Assembly (NCBI RefSeq): GCF_963921235.1
Contig: NC_086108.1
Location: 61,134,001 to 61,198,000 of the forward strand
DNA length: 64,000 nucleotides
Direction of reading: 5' to 3'
From: Mobula hypostoma
Taxonomy: Eukaryota
Each line of letters starts with the position of its first letter. Within the stretch, counting starts at the first letter, position 1. The notes beneath the pieces are model-generated. The model saw only the letters and a list, made by a program, of their open reading frames with translations. It was not told the origin of the DNA and searched no databases. Position numbers and translations under genes: made by a program. Shown piece by piece: positions 27,203-38,881 of this stretch.

Positions 27203-27286
27203 CTAGCTACCGACCTGTGGGGTGAAAGAATCACCAAGCGAGTCAGCGACTGCATCAGCACTTGAAGGTGCTTCTGAACTAACAAG
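27203..27286 (-). CDS. DAB1: DAB1 last canonical coding exon (exon extends to donor at 27188)
   Basis: cttccacag|CTT GTT...GGT AGC TAG. LVSSEAPSSADAVADSLGDSFTPQVGS* versus human ...GDNISPQAGS*. Donor GGG|GTAGGT lies 15 nt after the stop. Confidence 0.92.
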   Translation of the reverse strand, partial: LVSSEAPSSADAVADSLGDSFTPQVGS

Positions 27287-29374
27287 CTGTGGAAGAGGAA
27301 AAGGAAATCTCAGTAGCAGAAATATCATAACAACACTGGAAAAAAATACAGTAATGCCAACAGTTGGCATGATTATTGATTTCAAATGACAAAATGCCAA
27401 TTTCCTCATATCCATCTTTTGTCCTTTTATCTCATCATATATCCTTCTATATTTCACTTGTACTACTAATCTAACCCATAGAATACTTCATGTGTTTGCC
27501 CTCTAATGGAAGTCTCTTCGAAACGTTTATTTCACTGCTATTTGTCGTGACTTGTGACCGCTGGTTGCCTATAATATGGGGGTGTTTACAGTCCCAAAGT
27601 CATCCATTAGCTGTATGTAGTTTTGTAATCTCTTAAAGCTATGGGAATCATTACAATATTGGAAGTATTTCCTTGAACTGTATCCATCTGCTGTTATTTC
27701 TTTTCAAAGAAAAATATAGTGTAATGCATCTTTTAAGTATTCTGCTGTGAGATCAGGAGACTTGTTAAATTCAGCACACGTCCTGTAACAGTATCCACTA
27801 CGGTTGGATTACTGACGTGATATGTTTTGTTATATTAAATAATCCATTGTATTATTCCAATATCCCAATTTTTAATACACTTAAAAACACAAAAAATGGA
27901 ATAAAGAATCCTCTCCAGTCTGCCCATCCCTCAACATGATCATGGTTTATTTAAGATGGCCTCAACTATTCTTCGGAGCTGATTGCCCATTGCTCACAAC
28001 ACCTCAGTCTTTCAAATATTTATCTGTAGGTATCTCCACCTTAAGCATATCCAGTGAGCAGGACTTGGGGACAGAGATTTCTAGAGGCTCACTACTCTCC
28101 AGAAGGAACTTATGTGTACTTCAGTTGTGAATGACTGGCCCCTTGTTTTGTATCCATCTTCCCTTGTTCATGACTGTCTCACGAGTGAAAGCATCTCAAA
28201 ATCGACCTTTTAAGCCCCTTTAGAATCTTATGATTGAGTATCATACTCAACATTCTCTTAAACTCGAAGAAATATACTGTCTAGCCTCTCTTGAAAGAAC
28301 AACCCTCTTTTTCCAGGAATTAGACTGGTGAATTTTCTTTGAACTGTTTCCAAAGCTCCCATATCGTATTTTGGACCAAAACACTGCACAGTACCCCAGG
28401 TATGGCTTCACCGACACTCTGTACAACTATAACAACACCTCTTTAATTCTCACATTCCACAACCTTTGCGGTAACGGCCTAGATATCTCAGCCCAAAACA
28501 TCTACGGTTTGCTCATTTTCATGGATGCTGCCTGACCTGTTGAGTTCCTTCAACATTTTTTGTGTGTGTTGCACTTGCCATCTTAACTACCTGTTGGACT
28601 TGCTTGTTAACTTTCTGCTTTGTAGTTCATGGACTAGAACTCTGAGATCCCTCAGAATTTCACACACTTCAGTCTGTGTCCATTTAGATAATAACCCAGT
28701 GCAGAATTTGCTGGGGGAAGGGGAATAATAAAGAATAAATCTCTCTGCACCAGTAATAAAATGCCCCCACATTACTGTTACATTGTTTAAACTCCTCCTA
28801 CTCAAGTATTTTTCATTGATTTTCATGATTTTCGCTGGTTTTTAATCTCACTTTCCCACATTTTCCTAACGCCTCAATTTATACTCTAGGATAGGAATTC
28901 TAGGAATTCGGGAGAATGAGAGAACCACCTTCTGTGCCATAAACTGTGGTGACAAAATATGCCTTTATGGTTTTTAAGCAATTCTATTAGTTATCAAATT
29001 ACACCTTCATTTGTCAGACTCCCATTCAAATTCAGCTCTGAATGACAATCAGTCCGTTCTCTGTTTGGTGAGAAGAATAATTTTAAAAGAGTCAAGGAAA
29101 CGCTCATAGTGGTACAAAATTACGGATTAAGAATCACCTACAGGGAGAACACAAGGATGCAGGTGTTAGTAATGAAAATGCCAAACCTACAAAGGGGAAT
29201 AAGTCTTCCAAGGTTAATTGCAGGTAGAGTGTGACACAGACTTTGTGATGCCTAACCTGAACACTGTTTACATGGGCCACTAAAACGTGACATCGTTCTT
29301 TAGTGCAGAGCTAACTACTATAACATTAATACAACCAAATGATGAAGCCACTCACTTGATGGCTTAATACTCAC

Positions 29375-29610
29375 AGCCTCTTGCACTCTGCTGCTGCTCA
29401 GGTTATCTGACTCAGCCTCCCCTTGGCCATCAGGTGCAGTTCCATCGGGGTGCAAGGCAGGTGACCTGGATGGGGTGTTCTGATGGCAGCATGAGGTGGG
29501 CGAGGTCTGATGGGGAGATGCTGCAGGTGTGCTCCGCTGAGAAGACGCCCCAGGTGTGTGGCGGTGTGGCGAGTCAGAAGGTGTGTGCTGATGTGGAGAT
29601 GAAGTTGGAG
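29375..29610 (-). CDS. DAB1: DAB1 penultimate coding exon with internal 27-nt repeat expansion
   Basis: ctcccag|CT CCA ACT...CAA GAG GCT|GTGAGT, 236 nt, phase 1 to 0, open throughout. Ends ...VQEA like human ...EEQEA. Not in the ORF track. Confidence 0.9.
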
Positions 29611-29909
29611 CTGGGAGGGTAAAGATAAATTAAAATACAGAAGGTATTAAATGAAGATAAATAGTTCTTGTGCAGGACAATTTCAATGACTTAGCCTAAT
29701 TGTGAAAACATTTCCCTAACTTTACACCCAAGAGGACAGAAAGATAAATTACCAGTGAACAAAATTGATTTTGTTAAAATAAATTCACTTAAAATTACAA
29801 GAAGTCACAAAACTCAATGCTCTGTTAATGATAATAATGAAAGATAAATAAAATATAATTCCACATTCCTTTCCTTTATGAACAAGCAATGAAGGGTAAG
29901 TTCTGATAA

Positions 29910-30138
29910 GTTGTGTGGGCACATGGCCAAGTGGTTAAGGTGTTCGTGAGTGATTTGTAGGTCGCTGGTTCGAGCCTCAGCTGTGGTAACGTGTTTGTGT
30001 CCTTGAGCAAGGCACTTAATCACACATTGCTCTAGTGTCTGTGCGATGAGTGGCGCCCCACACAGACTCCAATCTGTGCCTTGTAAGGCATGAAAATGTC
30101 CGATGCAGGCCTCTCATTTCTGAGTCAACGTTCCCCCC
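29910..30138 (+). mobile_element. tRNA-derived SINE with CORE-like domain
   Basis: A box TGGCCAAGTGG (29924), B box GGTTCGAGCC (29967), GTGTCCTTGAGCAAGGCACTTAA. Direct repeat TCTGATAA at 29902-29909 and 30139-30146. Confidence 0.8.
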
Positions 30139-30801
30139 TCTGATAATGGATAAATTGCTGTTCCTAACCATCCACAAGTGTATGGAACAACAATTCGTCC
30201 ATTACTATTGGATAATTGTACACTGTTCTATACACATTCTGGAATGACAGCAGTAGCTAAATTGCTGTTTCAAACAATCACGCTCCACAAGTCTGTTCCC
30301 TCACTCCATCTTGAACTCCATAAGCTCTTGTTGAGTCAGAAATGGAGGGAGAAAACATAGGATATGTTTCCTCTTTTCCAGCTTGCAATCAAACTAGGCT
30401 TGCAACGTACTGTATTAATTTTATTACACTGTAGCGCTATGCAAATAAAACAATTTTATGACATATGTGAGTGACGATAAACCTGATTCTGATATGGGTC
30501 TCTATTGTAGACTGGGAGTGGGAAGGGGGCCGGAAGACAGGAATCATGGTTAAAAAAGGGGAAGGGAGAAGAGAGGGAGTGGGAAGCCATAGAGAGATAT
30601 TCTGCAATGATCAATAAACCAATTGTTTGTGACCTTGCCTGGTGTCTCACAGGCTGGGTGTGTCTGCACCAAGGCCAGCCCCTGCCCCTAGCACTCCTTC
30701 CCTGCCACCTGTCCCACACCTCTCCCACAGTGCTCCACTCTCGCTATTCCCAACAACCTACCAGAATTACAAACTCACTCTCTGCTCCATGTTGACAAAT
30801 A

Positions 30802-30867
30802 CAGTACTGTGCAAAAGTCTTAGGCACCGTAGCTATATATATGTGCCTAGACTTTTGCACAGTACTG
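30802..30867. mobile_element. 66-bp MITE (best-preserved copy)
   Basis: TA|CAGTACTGTGCAAAAGTCTTAGGCAC-15 nt-GTGCCTAGACTTTTGCACAGTACTG|TA: ~26-bp TIRs and TA target duplication. Confidence 0.85.
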
Positions 30868-31808
30868 TAGGTCATTCTGGTCCTGAATTCACATCAAAAC
30901 CCATCTTTCCTAATTTGTCATGACAATATTTGGTGAAAGGTACTGTAAACGGGAATGTGAAATTGAGGATACAGTCAGAATAACCGTATTGAATAGAGGA
31001 AAAGGCTTAAAGGCCCACAAAGCCCAGTCCTACTCTGAATTCATACATTCATATTGAAGGGATTCATTGGATTAGCATTAGCAGAAAAGACAGTAGACTT
31101 GGAAATCTATGATATTCTGGAAGGCTATTTACTGGATGTTGTATTTTATTCTTTATTCTTCTCTTCCCTTCCATCAGGCAGGAGGTACGAAATATTGAAA
31201 ACATACTTCACCAGGCTCCAGGACAGCCTCAGACCTGCTGTAATAAGACAATTGAACAGGCATCTTGCATGATAAAGCAAAAATGTTAATCTCACAATCT
31301 ACCTTGTTGTGGCCCCTGCATCTTACTGTCTACCTGTTTTGCACTTTCTCTATAACAGTGACACTACATTCTAAATTCGTTAACACTTTTCCCTTTGTAC
31401 TATCTCAATGTTCTTATGTTTGGAAATAATCTGTGTGGATGGCATGCAAAGCAAACTTCAGTGCATACAAGAGACAATAATAAACCAAATATCAATTAAT
31501 CATTCAATCCATCTTTCAAAATTTTGTAGTTTTAAGTTAACCTTCTTTCCTCTGCAACCTGTTCACTTGAAAAAGTCCAGCAAACAGTTCATCAGCCACC
31601 ATTTCTTAATCTTGACATTGCTGATGTTCTACTTCATATAATCTGGCCTTTCCTGTGGACCCATGACTTACAAAACATATATTCTTCAGACATTAACAGA
31701 TCTAACAAACAAGATCTTTTCAAGCAGATTGTGCTATGGAAATCTGATCCAGTAGCACTACTTTTCTTTGTGCTACCCAAATAAGTGACATGTTGCTGCT
31801 CATTGGGG

Positions 31809-33641
31809 ATAGAAACATAGAAAATAGGTGCAGGAGTAGGCCATTCAGCCCTTCGAGCCTGCATCGCCATTCAGTATGATCATGGCTGATCATCCAACTC
31901 AGAACCCTGTACCTGCCTTCTCTCCATACCCCTGATCCCCTTAGCCACAAGAGCCATATTTAGCTCCCTCTTAAATATAGCCGATGAACTGGCCTCAACT
32001 GTTTCCTGTGGTAGAGAATTCCACAGGTTTACCACTCCCTGTCTGAAGAAGTTTTTCCTAATCTCCATCCTAAAAGGCTTCCCCTTTATCCTCAAACTGT
32101 GACCCCTCGTTCTGGACTTCCCCAACATCAGGAAAAATATTCCTGCATCTAGCCTGTCCAATCCCTTTAGAATTTTAAACATTTCAATAAGATCCCCCCT
32201 CAATCTTCTAAATTCCAGAGAGTATAAGCCTAGTCGATCCAGTCTTTCATCATATGAAAGTCCTGCCATCCCAGGAATCAATCTGGTGAACCTTCTTTGT
32301 ACTCCCTCTAAGGCAAGAATGTCTTTCCTCAGATTAGGGGACCAAAACTGCACACAATACTCCAGGTGTGGTCTCACCAAGGCCTTGTACAACTGCAGTA
32401 GTACCCCCCTGCTCCTGTATGCGAATCCTCTTGCTATAAATGCGAGCATACCATTCGCCTTTTTCACCGCCTGCTGTACCTGCATGCCCACTTTCAATGA
32501 ATGGTGTATAATGACACCCAGGTCTCGTTGCACCTCCCCTTTTTCTAATCGGCCACCATTCAGATAATAATCTGTTTTCCTATTTTTGCCACCAGAGTGG
32601 ATAACCTCACATTTATCCACATTAAATTGCATCTGCCATGGATTTGCCCACTCACCTAACCTATCCAAGTCACCCTGCATCCTCTTAGCATCCTCTTCAC
32701 AGCTAACACTGCCACCCAGCTTCGTGTCATCTGCAAACTTGGAGATGCTGCATTTAATTCCCTTGTCTGTCATTAATATATATTGTAAACAACTGGGGTC
32801 CCAGCACTGAGCCTTGCGGTACCCCATTAGTCACTGCCTGCCATTCTGAAAAGGTCCCATTTATTCCCACTCTTTGTTTCCTGTCTGCCAACCAATTCTC
32901 TATCCACATCAATACCATACCCCCAATAGTGTGCTTTAAGTTTGCACACTAATCTCCTGTGTGGGACCTTGTCAAAAGTCTTTTGAAAATCCAAATATAC
33001 CACATCCACTGGTTCTCCCCTATCCACTCTACTAGTTACATCCTCAAAAAATTCTATAAGATTCGTCAGACATGATTTTCCTTTCACAAATCCATGCTGA
33101 CTTTGTCCAATGATTTCACTGCTTTCCAAATGCGCTGTTATCACATCTTTGATAACTGACTCTAGCATTTTCCCCACCACCGATGTTAGGCTAACTGGTC
33201 TATAATTCCCCGGTTTCTCTCTCCCTCCTTTTTTAAAAAGCGAGGTTACATTAGCCACCCTCCAATCCTCAGAAACTAATCTAGAATCTAAATAGTTTTG
33301 AAAAATTATCACTAATGCATCCACTATTTCTTGGGCTACTTCCTTAAGCACTCTGGGATGCAGACCATCTGGCCCTGGGGATTTATCTGCCTTTAATCCC
33401 TTCAATTTACCTAACACCACTTCCCTACTAATGTGTATTTCCCTCAGTTCCTCCATCTCACTAGACCCTCAGTCCCCTACTATTTCCGGAAGATTATTTA
33501 TGTCCTCATTAGTGAAGACAGAACCAAAGTAATTATTCAATTGGTCTGCCATGTCCTTGTTCCCCATGATCAATTCACCTGTCTCTGACTGTAAGGGGCC
33601 TACATTTGTCTTAACCAACCTTTTTCTTTTCACATAGCTAT
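31809..33641 (-). mobile_element. CR1 LINE, 5'-truncated, relatively young
   Basis: ORFs 32827-33456 and 31880-32827 give KSPGPDGLHPRVLKE, NYRPVSLTS, YLDFQKTFDKVPH and KFADDTK with only a few disruptions; (TTTCTA) tail. Confidence 0.96.
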
Positions 33642-34306
33642 AAAAGAAGTTGTGCAACTTGAACAATTGGTGTGTTGTTGAATTTCCTGATTTTGGTTCC
33701 AGATTCTCCATTAATCTGTCAGATAGATGTACAGACAAGGCACATGAGCTTGCAGATGCTGAACTGGAGAAACTCAGTGGGTGAGCAGCATCTGTGGAGG
33801 GAAAGGAATTGTCGATGATGCGGTTTGAAATCCTGCTTCAGGAGTCAGAGGAGCCAGATCATCTAAAGTGGAGCTGAAGAGTATGCAGAATCCCGTCTGC
33901 GTTTTTCAAACATGTATGTGTTTTGTGAAGTCAGGTGGGCCACTTGCACTGACACAGATTTTCAGCGTCTTCATGCCTACTTGCATGTGACTAAAGGGAG
34001 TCCTATCTCAGCAGAAATGAGGCCAGCATTGGGAACTTTGTTCATCTAGCATTCCCTTTAAGGTAGTTCCATGCAGATGACTCCTTCTGACCACTCGAAC
34101 AATATCAAAACATTCCACCAATAAATTTAGCATGAAAGATTCTTTATAAAGAGATATTTTACTTGGTTACATTGTAACAGAGAGAAACAAAGTGCCATTT
34201 AAAAACTTTTACAACAGGAATTCTGCAGATGCTGGAAATTCAAGCAACATACATCAAAGTTGCTGGTGAACGCAGCAGGCCAAGCAGCATCTATAGGAAG
34301 AGGCGC

Positions 34307-34342
34307 AGTCGTCGTTTCAGGCCGAGATCCTTCGTCAGGACT
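34307..34342 (-). ncRNA. Second minimal hammerhead motif with mutated cleavage triplet (GUC to GAC)
   Basis: Minus strand reads AGTC-CTGACGA-AGG(ATCTCGG)CCT-GAAA-CG-AC-GACT. Confidence 0.65.
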
Positions 34343-34405
34343 ATTTGAAAGCTGGAGGGGGAGGGGGAGTTGCTTTCAAATCCCTTACTCACTCTTCCTT
34401 CAGTT

Positions 34406-34441
34406 AGTCCTGACGAAGGGTCTCGGCCTGAAACGTCGACT
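34406..34441 (+). ncRNA. Minimal type I hammerhead ribozyme motif (Penelope-associated), intact core
   Basis: AGTC-CTGACGA-AGG(GTCTCGG)CCT-GAAA-CG-TC-GACT: stem I AGTC/GACT, CUGANGA and GAAA boxes, GUC cleavage triplet, palindromic ACGU in place of stem III. Confidence 0.8.
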
Positions 34442-35029
34442 GCGCCTCTTCCTATAGATGCTGCTTGGCCTGCTGCGTTCACCAGCAACTTTGATGTATG
34501 TTGCCATTTAAAATATTGTGTTCTGATACTCCAACACCGGACGTGTTAATGCATCTTAAAGCACATGCTCAGAAATGTAGAATGATCCAACCCATTTTGT
34601 ATCCTGTTAATGTGTGCTCTCATTATAATGATCCTTCACACATTGACACAATTACCATTAAAAGCTGCTGAGTTATTTAAAGGGGCAACAATGGCAAGCT
34701 GAACAATAGTAATGTACAACTGCAACTATCTGGAATCATCATCAGTAGCTAATATGTATACAAGTTTGACCTTGTATAGCCACATTTGCCATTAAATCTA
34801 GAATTAGTTTGTGCTGCCTTTCAGAATGAACTTTCTGCTGATTTCTCCCTCAATGTGTATTGTTCAAGAAAGCTGATTTAGACTCCCAGGTGTCATATCG
34901 ATTAAAAGCATTTCAAAGCATGGTAGAAAACTAAAGGGAGATGGTTTTTCAGAGGTTTTGCCTTTGACTGAATAGTCAACATTCAATGTTCAGTTTAATG
35001 ACCTTAATGAAAATCTATGTGTGTGAGAT

Positions 35030-35720
35030 CGGGGATCAGCACCAACATCCTTTGTAATTTCTACGAGCTCCATCAAGGTTCCAACACTGACAATTATGCT
35101 TTTCCCCACAGCTTGCAGCATTTTGACGGGCCCATTCTCTAGGGAACTTCCTGGTCTGCACTACTCGTGTCCCTGCCTACCCTCCTGGTGCTTTCCATGC
35201 AATCCCAAGAGTGCTACACCCCATCTTTCACCTCTTCCTTTCCCATCATCCTGGGACACAAACATTTTTTCCAGGTGAAGCAGTGATTCACTTGTATTTC
35301 CTCCAATCTCAATGACCCAAAGCATGTACAGCATTCAGTGTTCACAATGAAGTTTCCCCTGCGATGGAGAAACTAAACACAGATTGAGAGATCCCCGTGT
35401 AGCATCTGTGCTCAGTCCACAGGTGTGACCCTCATCTTCCAGTTGCCTGCCACTTCAATTCACCATCCTATATCATTCTGAATTAATAATAGAAGCAACA
35501 TGTTACACAAAGTAGCTGAATATGATCTTAGCTGCCTCAAAATGCCTTATCTTGCCTGATTAGTCAAATTTTCTTGGTCCCATCGACTTTCTTCAGCTTC
35601 TCTGTTGCCTAGACCAACTTGTTTCTTTCCTGCTTCATACTGAGGAAGGGTGTCAGACTTGAAATAGTAAATATTCCTCTTCCCTGTTCTGATAATTTTT
35701 TTCAACATTTTCTGTATTTA
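35030..35720 (+). mobile_element. Decayed Penelope-like element fragment
   Basis: ccaggtgaagcagtgattcacttg...ggagaaactaaacacagattg...ccagttgcctgccacttcaattc GIY-YIG-region nucleotides, with a decayed CTGAGGA...GAAA near 35640. Confidence 0.6.
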
Positions 35721-35825
35721 TATTGGGAGAAATGGGTTCAACCGTGTTTACATTCTCAGATGAAAGAAAAACAGGCATTTGGATTCAGCTCTACTTGGAT
35801 ATTGACAGAAATTACTGGAAAACAA

Positions 35826-36200
35826 TGAGACCTGAAGAACCATGCTCATGTAAAGTGTGCTCGAGAGTGACAAAGACCTGTGAAACCATTCTCCAGTACC
35901 GTGGAGTGACAAGTATCTGAGAGTGACAGGGAACTGCAGAACCATTCATAGGATATGGGAAGCTCTGCAACGTTTAAAGTGTAAAGTGACAGGTCTGTGG
36001 AACCATTCTCCAGTGTGAGATATTGGAGAGTGACAGAGACCTGTGGATCCAAGCTCCAATACAAACTATAAGAATGAGAGACGATGTCTCAGTAGGATGT
36101 TACCGAGAGTGACAGAGATCTGTGGATCTTTGCCCCACAGACAGGCAAAATGTTAATAAGCCATTCTTCAAAACAATATGTTGGAGGGTGACACGGACTT
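35826..36200. repeat. Degenerate tandem repeat, core GAGAGTGACAGAGACCTGTGGAACCATTCT
   Basis: About 6-7 diverged copies (near 35863, 35920, 35985, 36026, 36105, 36184). Confidence 0.7.
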
Positions 36201-36331
36201 AGAGCACTAAGCAATGCAACAAGATTAGGGTGAATGATAGGAACACATTCTTCAGTGTCCCAACAAGAAACGCAGTTCTTAGAAGTTCACGTACAGTTGA
36301 AAGAGAAGATAGTAAAATTTAAGGAACTTAC

Positions 36332-36838
36332 GTGAATTGTTTGATGATGGTGTGGAGTTGGAAGTTGCTGGGGTAAGATTTAACTGAGAAATATCAAAGT
36401 CATCTGTATCGTCTATCTCCTGTGCCAAACCCACTTTGTTAAAGTAGCTTGAGAAGGCATCTGAGGTGCAAGAGAGAGAAGATTGCTCATTTTTTCTTGA
36501 TGGAATTGTTGGGGGTTTGGCCATTTGGAAATCTTTAAACATCTCCTTGCTCATTTTCTGTTTGGACTTCTCCTCTTGATGGCTGGCTATTGTGGGCTGT
36601 CCAGCAGATAAGGCTGCTTTGAACATGGCAGTTTGTAGTGGCATTGGAGTTTGTGCGGACATGAAGACAGTCGGCTGAAATGGGCTTCCAACAGGGGCCC
36701 ACTGCTGCTGTACAGCAAATAAAGTTGGCTGTCCCCATGCTGTCGGCTGGACTCCAGCTAACAAAGGATTGATGATGTTTTGGGCACCCGACTGCTGTGC
36801 CCAGACGGCAGGTGGTACAGCTCCCATTGTGACATACC
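36332..36838 (-). CDS. DAB1: DAB1 large Pro/Gln-rich exon
   Basis: tgacag|GG TAT GTC...AAT TCA C|GTAAGT, 507 nt. GYVTMGAV...[24 protein letters not shown]...[30 protein letters not shown]. Confidence 0.97.
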
Positions 36839-36959
36839 CTGTCAAAACAATCATAAAAAGGAACGTTAAAGACAAGTCTTGGCTGACAATTTGCCCTTAA
36901 TTGCTAGGGATATGTCATGTCAAATAAGGCAATCAGTAACAACCATATGTCTTAACGCC

Positions 36960-37680
36960 TTGGAATTGAATTGAATTGACTTTATTACTTACATCCTTCA
37001 AATACATGAGGAGTATAAATCTTTATGTTACGTCTCTGTATAAATGTGCAATGTGCAATTTATAGCAATTTGTAATAAATAGTATGTACAACAGGACAGT
37101 CAATATAACACAGAAATACGATTGTATCAGTGTGAATTAAGCAGTCTGATGCCCTGTTGGAAGAAGCCTGTTGGTCCTGGCTTTTATGCTGCAGTACTGT
37201 TCCCTGGATGATAGCAGCTGGAACAATTTGTGGTTAAGGTGATTTGGGTCCCCAATGATCTTTCAGGCCCTTTTTACGCACCTGTCTCTGTAAATGTCCT
37301 GCATAGTGGGAAGTTCACATCTACAGATGTGCTGGGCTGCCCTGCGGTTGAGGGAAGTACAGTTCCCATACCAGGCAATGATGCAGCCAGTCAGGACCCC
37401 CTCAAATGTGCCCCTATGGAAAGTTCTTAGGATTTGGGGGCCCATACCAAGCTACTTCAATTGTCTGAGGTGAAAGAGGTGCTGTCGTGCTTTTTTCACC
37501 ACGCAGCCAGTATGTACAGACCACGTGAGATCGTTTGCGATGTGTATGCCGAGGAACTTAAAGCTGTTCACCCTCTCAACCCCAGATCCATTGATGTCAA
37601 TAGGGATCAGCCTGTCTCCATTCTTCCTGTAGTCCACAACCAGCTCCTTTGTTTTTGCAACATTGAGGGAGAGGTTAGCA
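36960..37680 (-). mobile_element. Rex1/Babar-like LINE 3' fragment
   Basis: NLSLNVAKTKELVVDYRK...VERVNSFKFLGIHI..DLTWS.HT..VVKKARQHLFHLRQLK; (AATTG)n tail. Confidence 0.88.
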
Positions 37681-38249
37681 CCAGCTATATAGCTTATATA
37701 TAGCTTAACACCAACTCTCTTTGTAGATAAGACATAAACTTTGAAAGGTCTTGTTTCAGAAGATGAAATGAGGAGGGATGAAGTCACCATCCAGTTGATC
37801 GTATAAGGTCTCCAGAAGAAGTGATCTTAATGCACTGAACTTTTCATGAACCAGCAGGATTGTTAATTTCAATGGTGTTGACAGAGATGACACCACAGTC
37901 ACAGGACAAGTTACCACAGGCGACAAATCCAAGTACTATCAGTACTGGGAAGTAAACAAGCTAACTTAGCAACCCCATCCCCTCTATGTATTACCTCGGC
38001 CACTGCACAACACTGTAAACACTTAAAATCACTTTTTAGTTTGCTGTTTACATTGCAAATACATGTTGGTATTTATGTATTTACATATTGTACATTTTAT
38101 TCTACTGCATTACTAACTTTATTTTATATATTTATAATTGTTGAATATTGTTGCTTTTGTGGCATATAGCACCAATGCACCAGAGCAAATTCTTAATATA
38201 TGTAAATATACAATACATGGTGAATAAAGTTGATCCTTGATCCTCTGTC

Positions 38250-38810
38250 TACTCTGGTTGGCATCCGTCTGTCTTGAAGTACAATGGGTGATGATGATCA
38301 TCATCATGAGACTGGTGAAGGGTATGGAGATCTTAAGACGCCCAGTCGTCAAGATCCCCCTCTCAGCTTCACCAGTGTAGTGTAAAGGAAAGCTTATGAA
38401 GCAGTACATTTGGCACCAACTTGGCTGTAGGAGCTGCCAGAAGGATGTTAAATGATGCTCAGCTGCCTTAGGGACTCCACTCTGGATTAGAAGTCTGGGT
38501 TACTATAGCCTTTATCTCTCCTGAGGCTGACCACAAGGCAGTGGGACTATTTACCCACAGCTGGGGATCAGCTTCATGAGCACAAGGGCGTGTCCACACA
38601 CCGGTGGGCCTGTGTGCTACGTCTGCTGGGCCAGACCTCCTCCCTGTCCTCTGAAAGGAGTCTGAAAGGAGTCTGAAAGGAGTTCAATTTCCATGTGTCA
38701 CCAGCGAGGAGGCACTACATGAGGCTTGCGGTTGGAAAGGCTGTGTACTGGCAGGGAGAGACTTACACACTCAGCTCCCCTTTTTGCAAGACTGCTAGCC
38801 AGCAGTGGAA
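38250..38810 (-). mobile_element. Interspersed repeat, possibly RTE-related non-autonomous element
   Basis: GC-richer block with repeat-like content, including TCTGAAAGGAG x3 at 38650-38682. Family assignment from recollection only. Confidence 0.4.
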
Positions 38811-38881
38811 GCATTTTCCACTATATTACCGCACTAGGTGAATCACAACAACCATTTTGTCTACTCTAAAGGCTGGTTTAC

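Larger units (their letters stand above)
34205..34504. mobile_element. Short Penelope-like element insertion made of inverted pLTR ends
   Basis: 100-bp inverted arms 34244-34343 and 34405-34504 (2 mismatches). Flanking direct repeat TGCCATTTAAAA at 34193-34204 and 34502-34513. Same terminal sequence as the GIY-YIG-bearing copy at 10865-11625. Confidence 0.8.

Noticed and set aside
29434..29622. Plus-strand ORF overlapping the repeat exon
   Set aside because: Antisense shadow of the DAB1 exon.
29914..29985. tRNA gene
   Set aside because: A and B boxes are present, but the sequence continues into a SINE body with a flanking duplication and has no convincing cloverleaf.
31880..33738. Functional or domesticated reverse transcriptase gene
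   Set aside because: 5'-truncated CR1 with frameshifts and a stop between the ORF pieces.
34260..34488. Two near-identical 65-aa ORFs on opposite strands
   Set aside because: Artefact of the inverted repeat; non-coding pLTR sequence.
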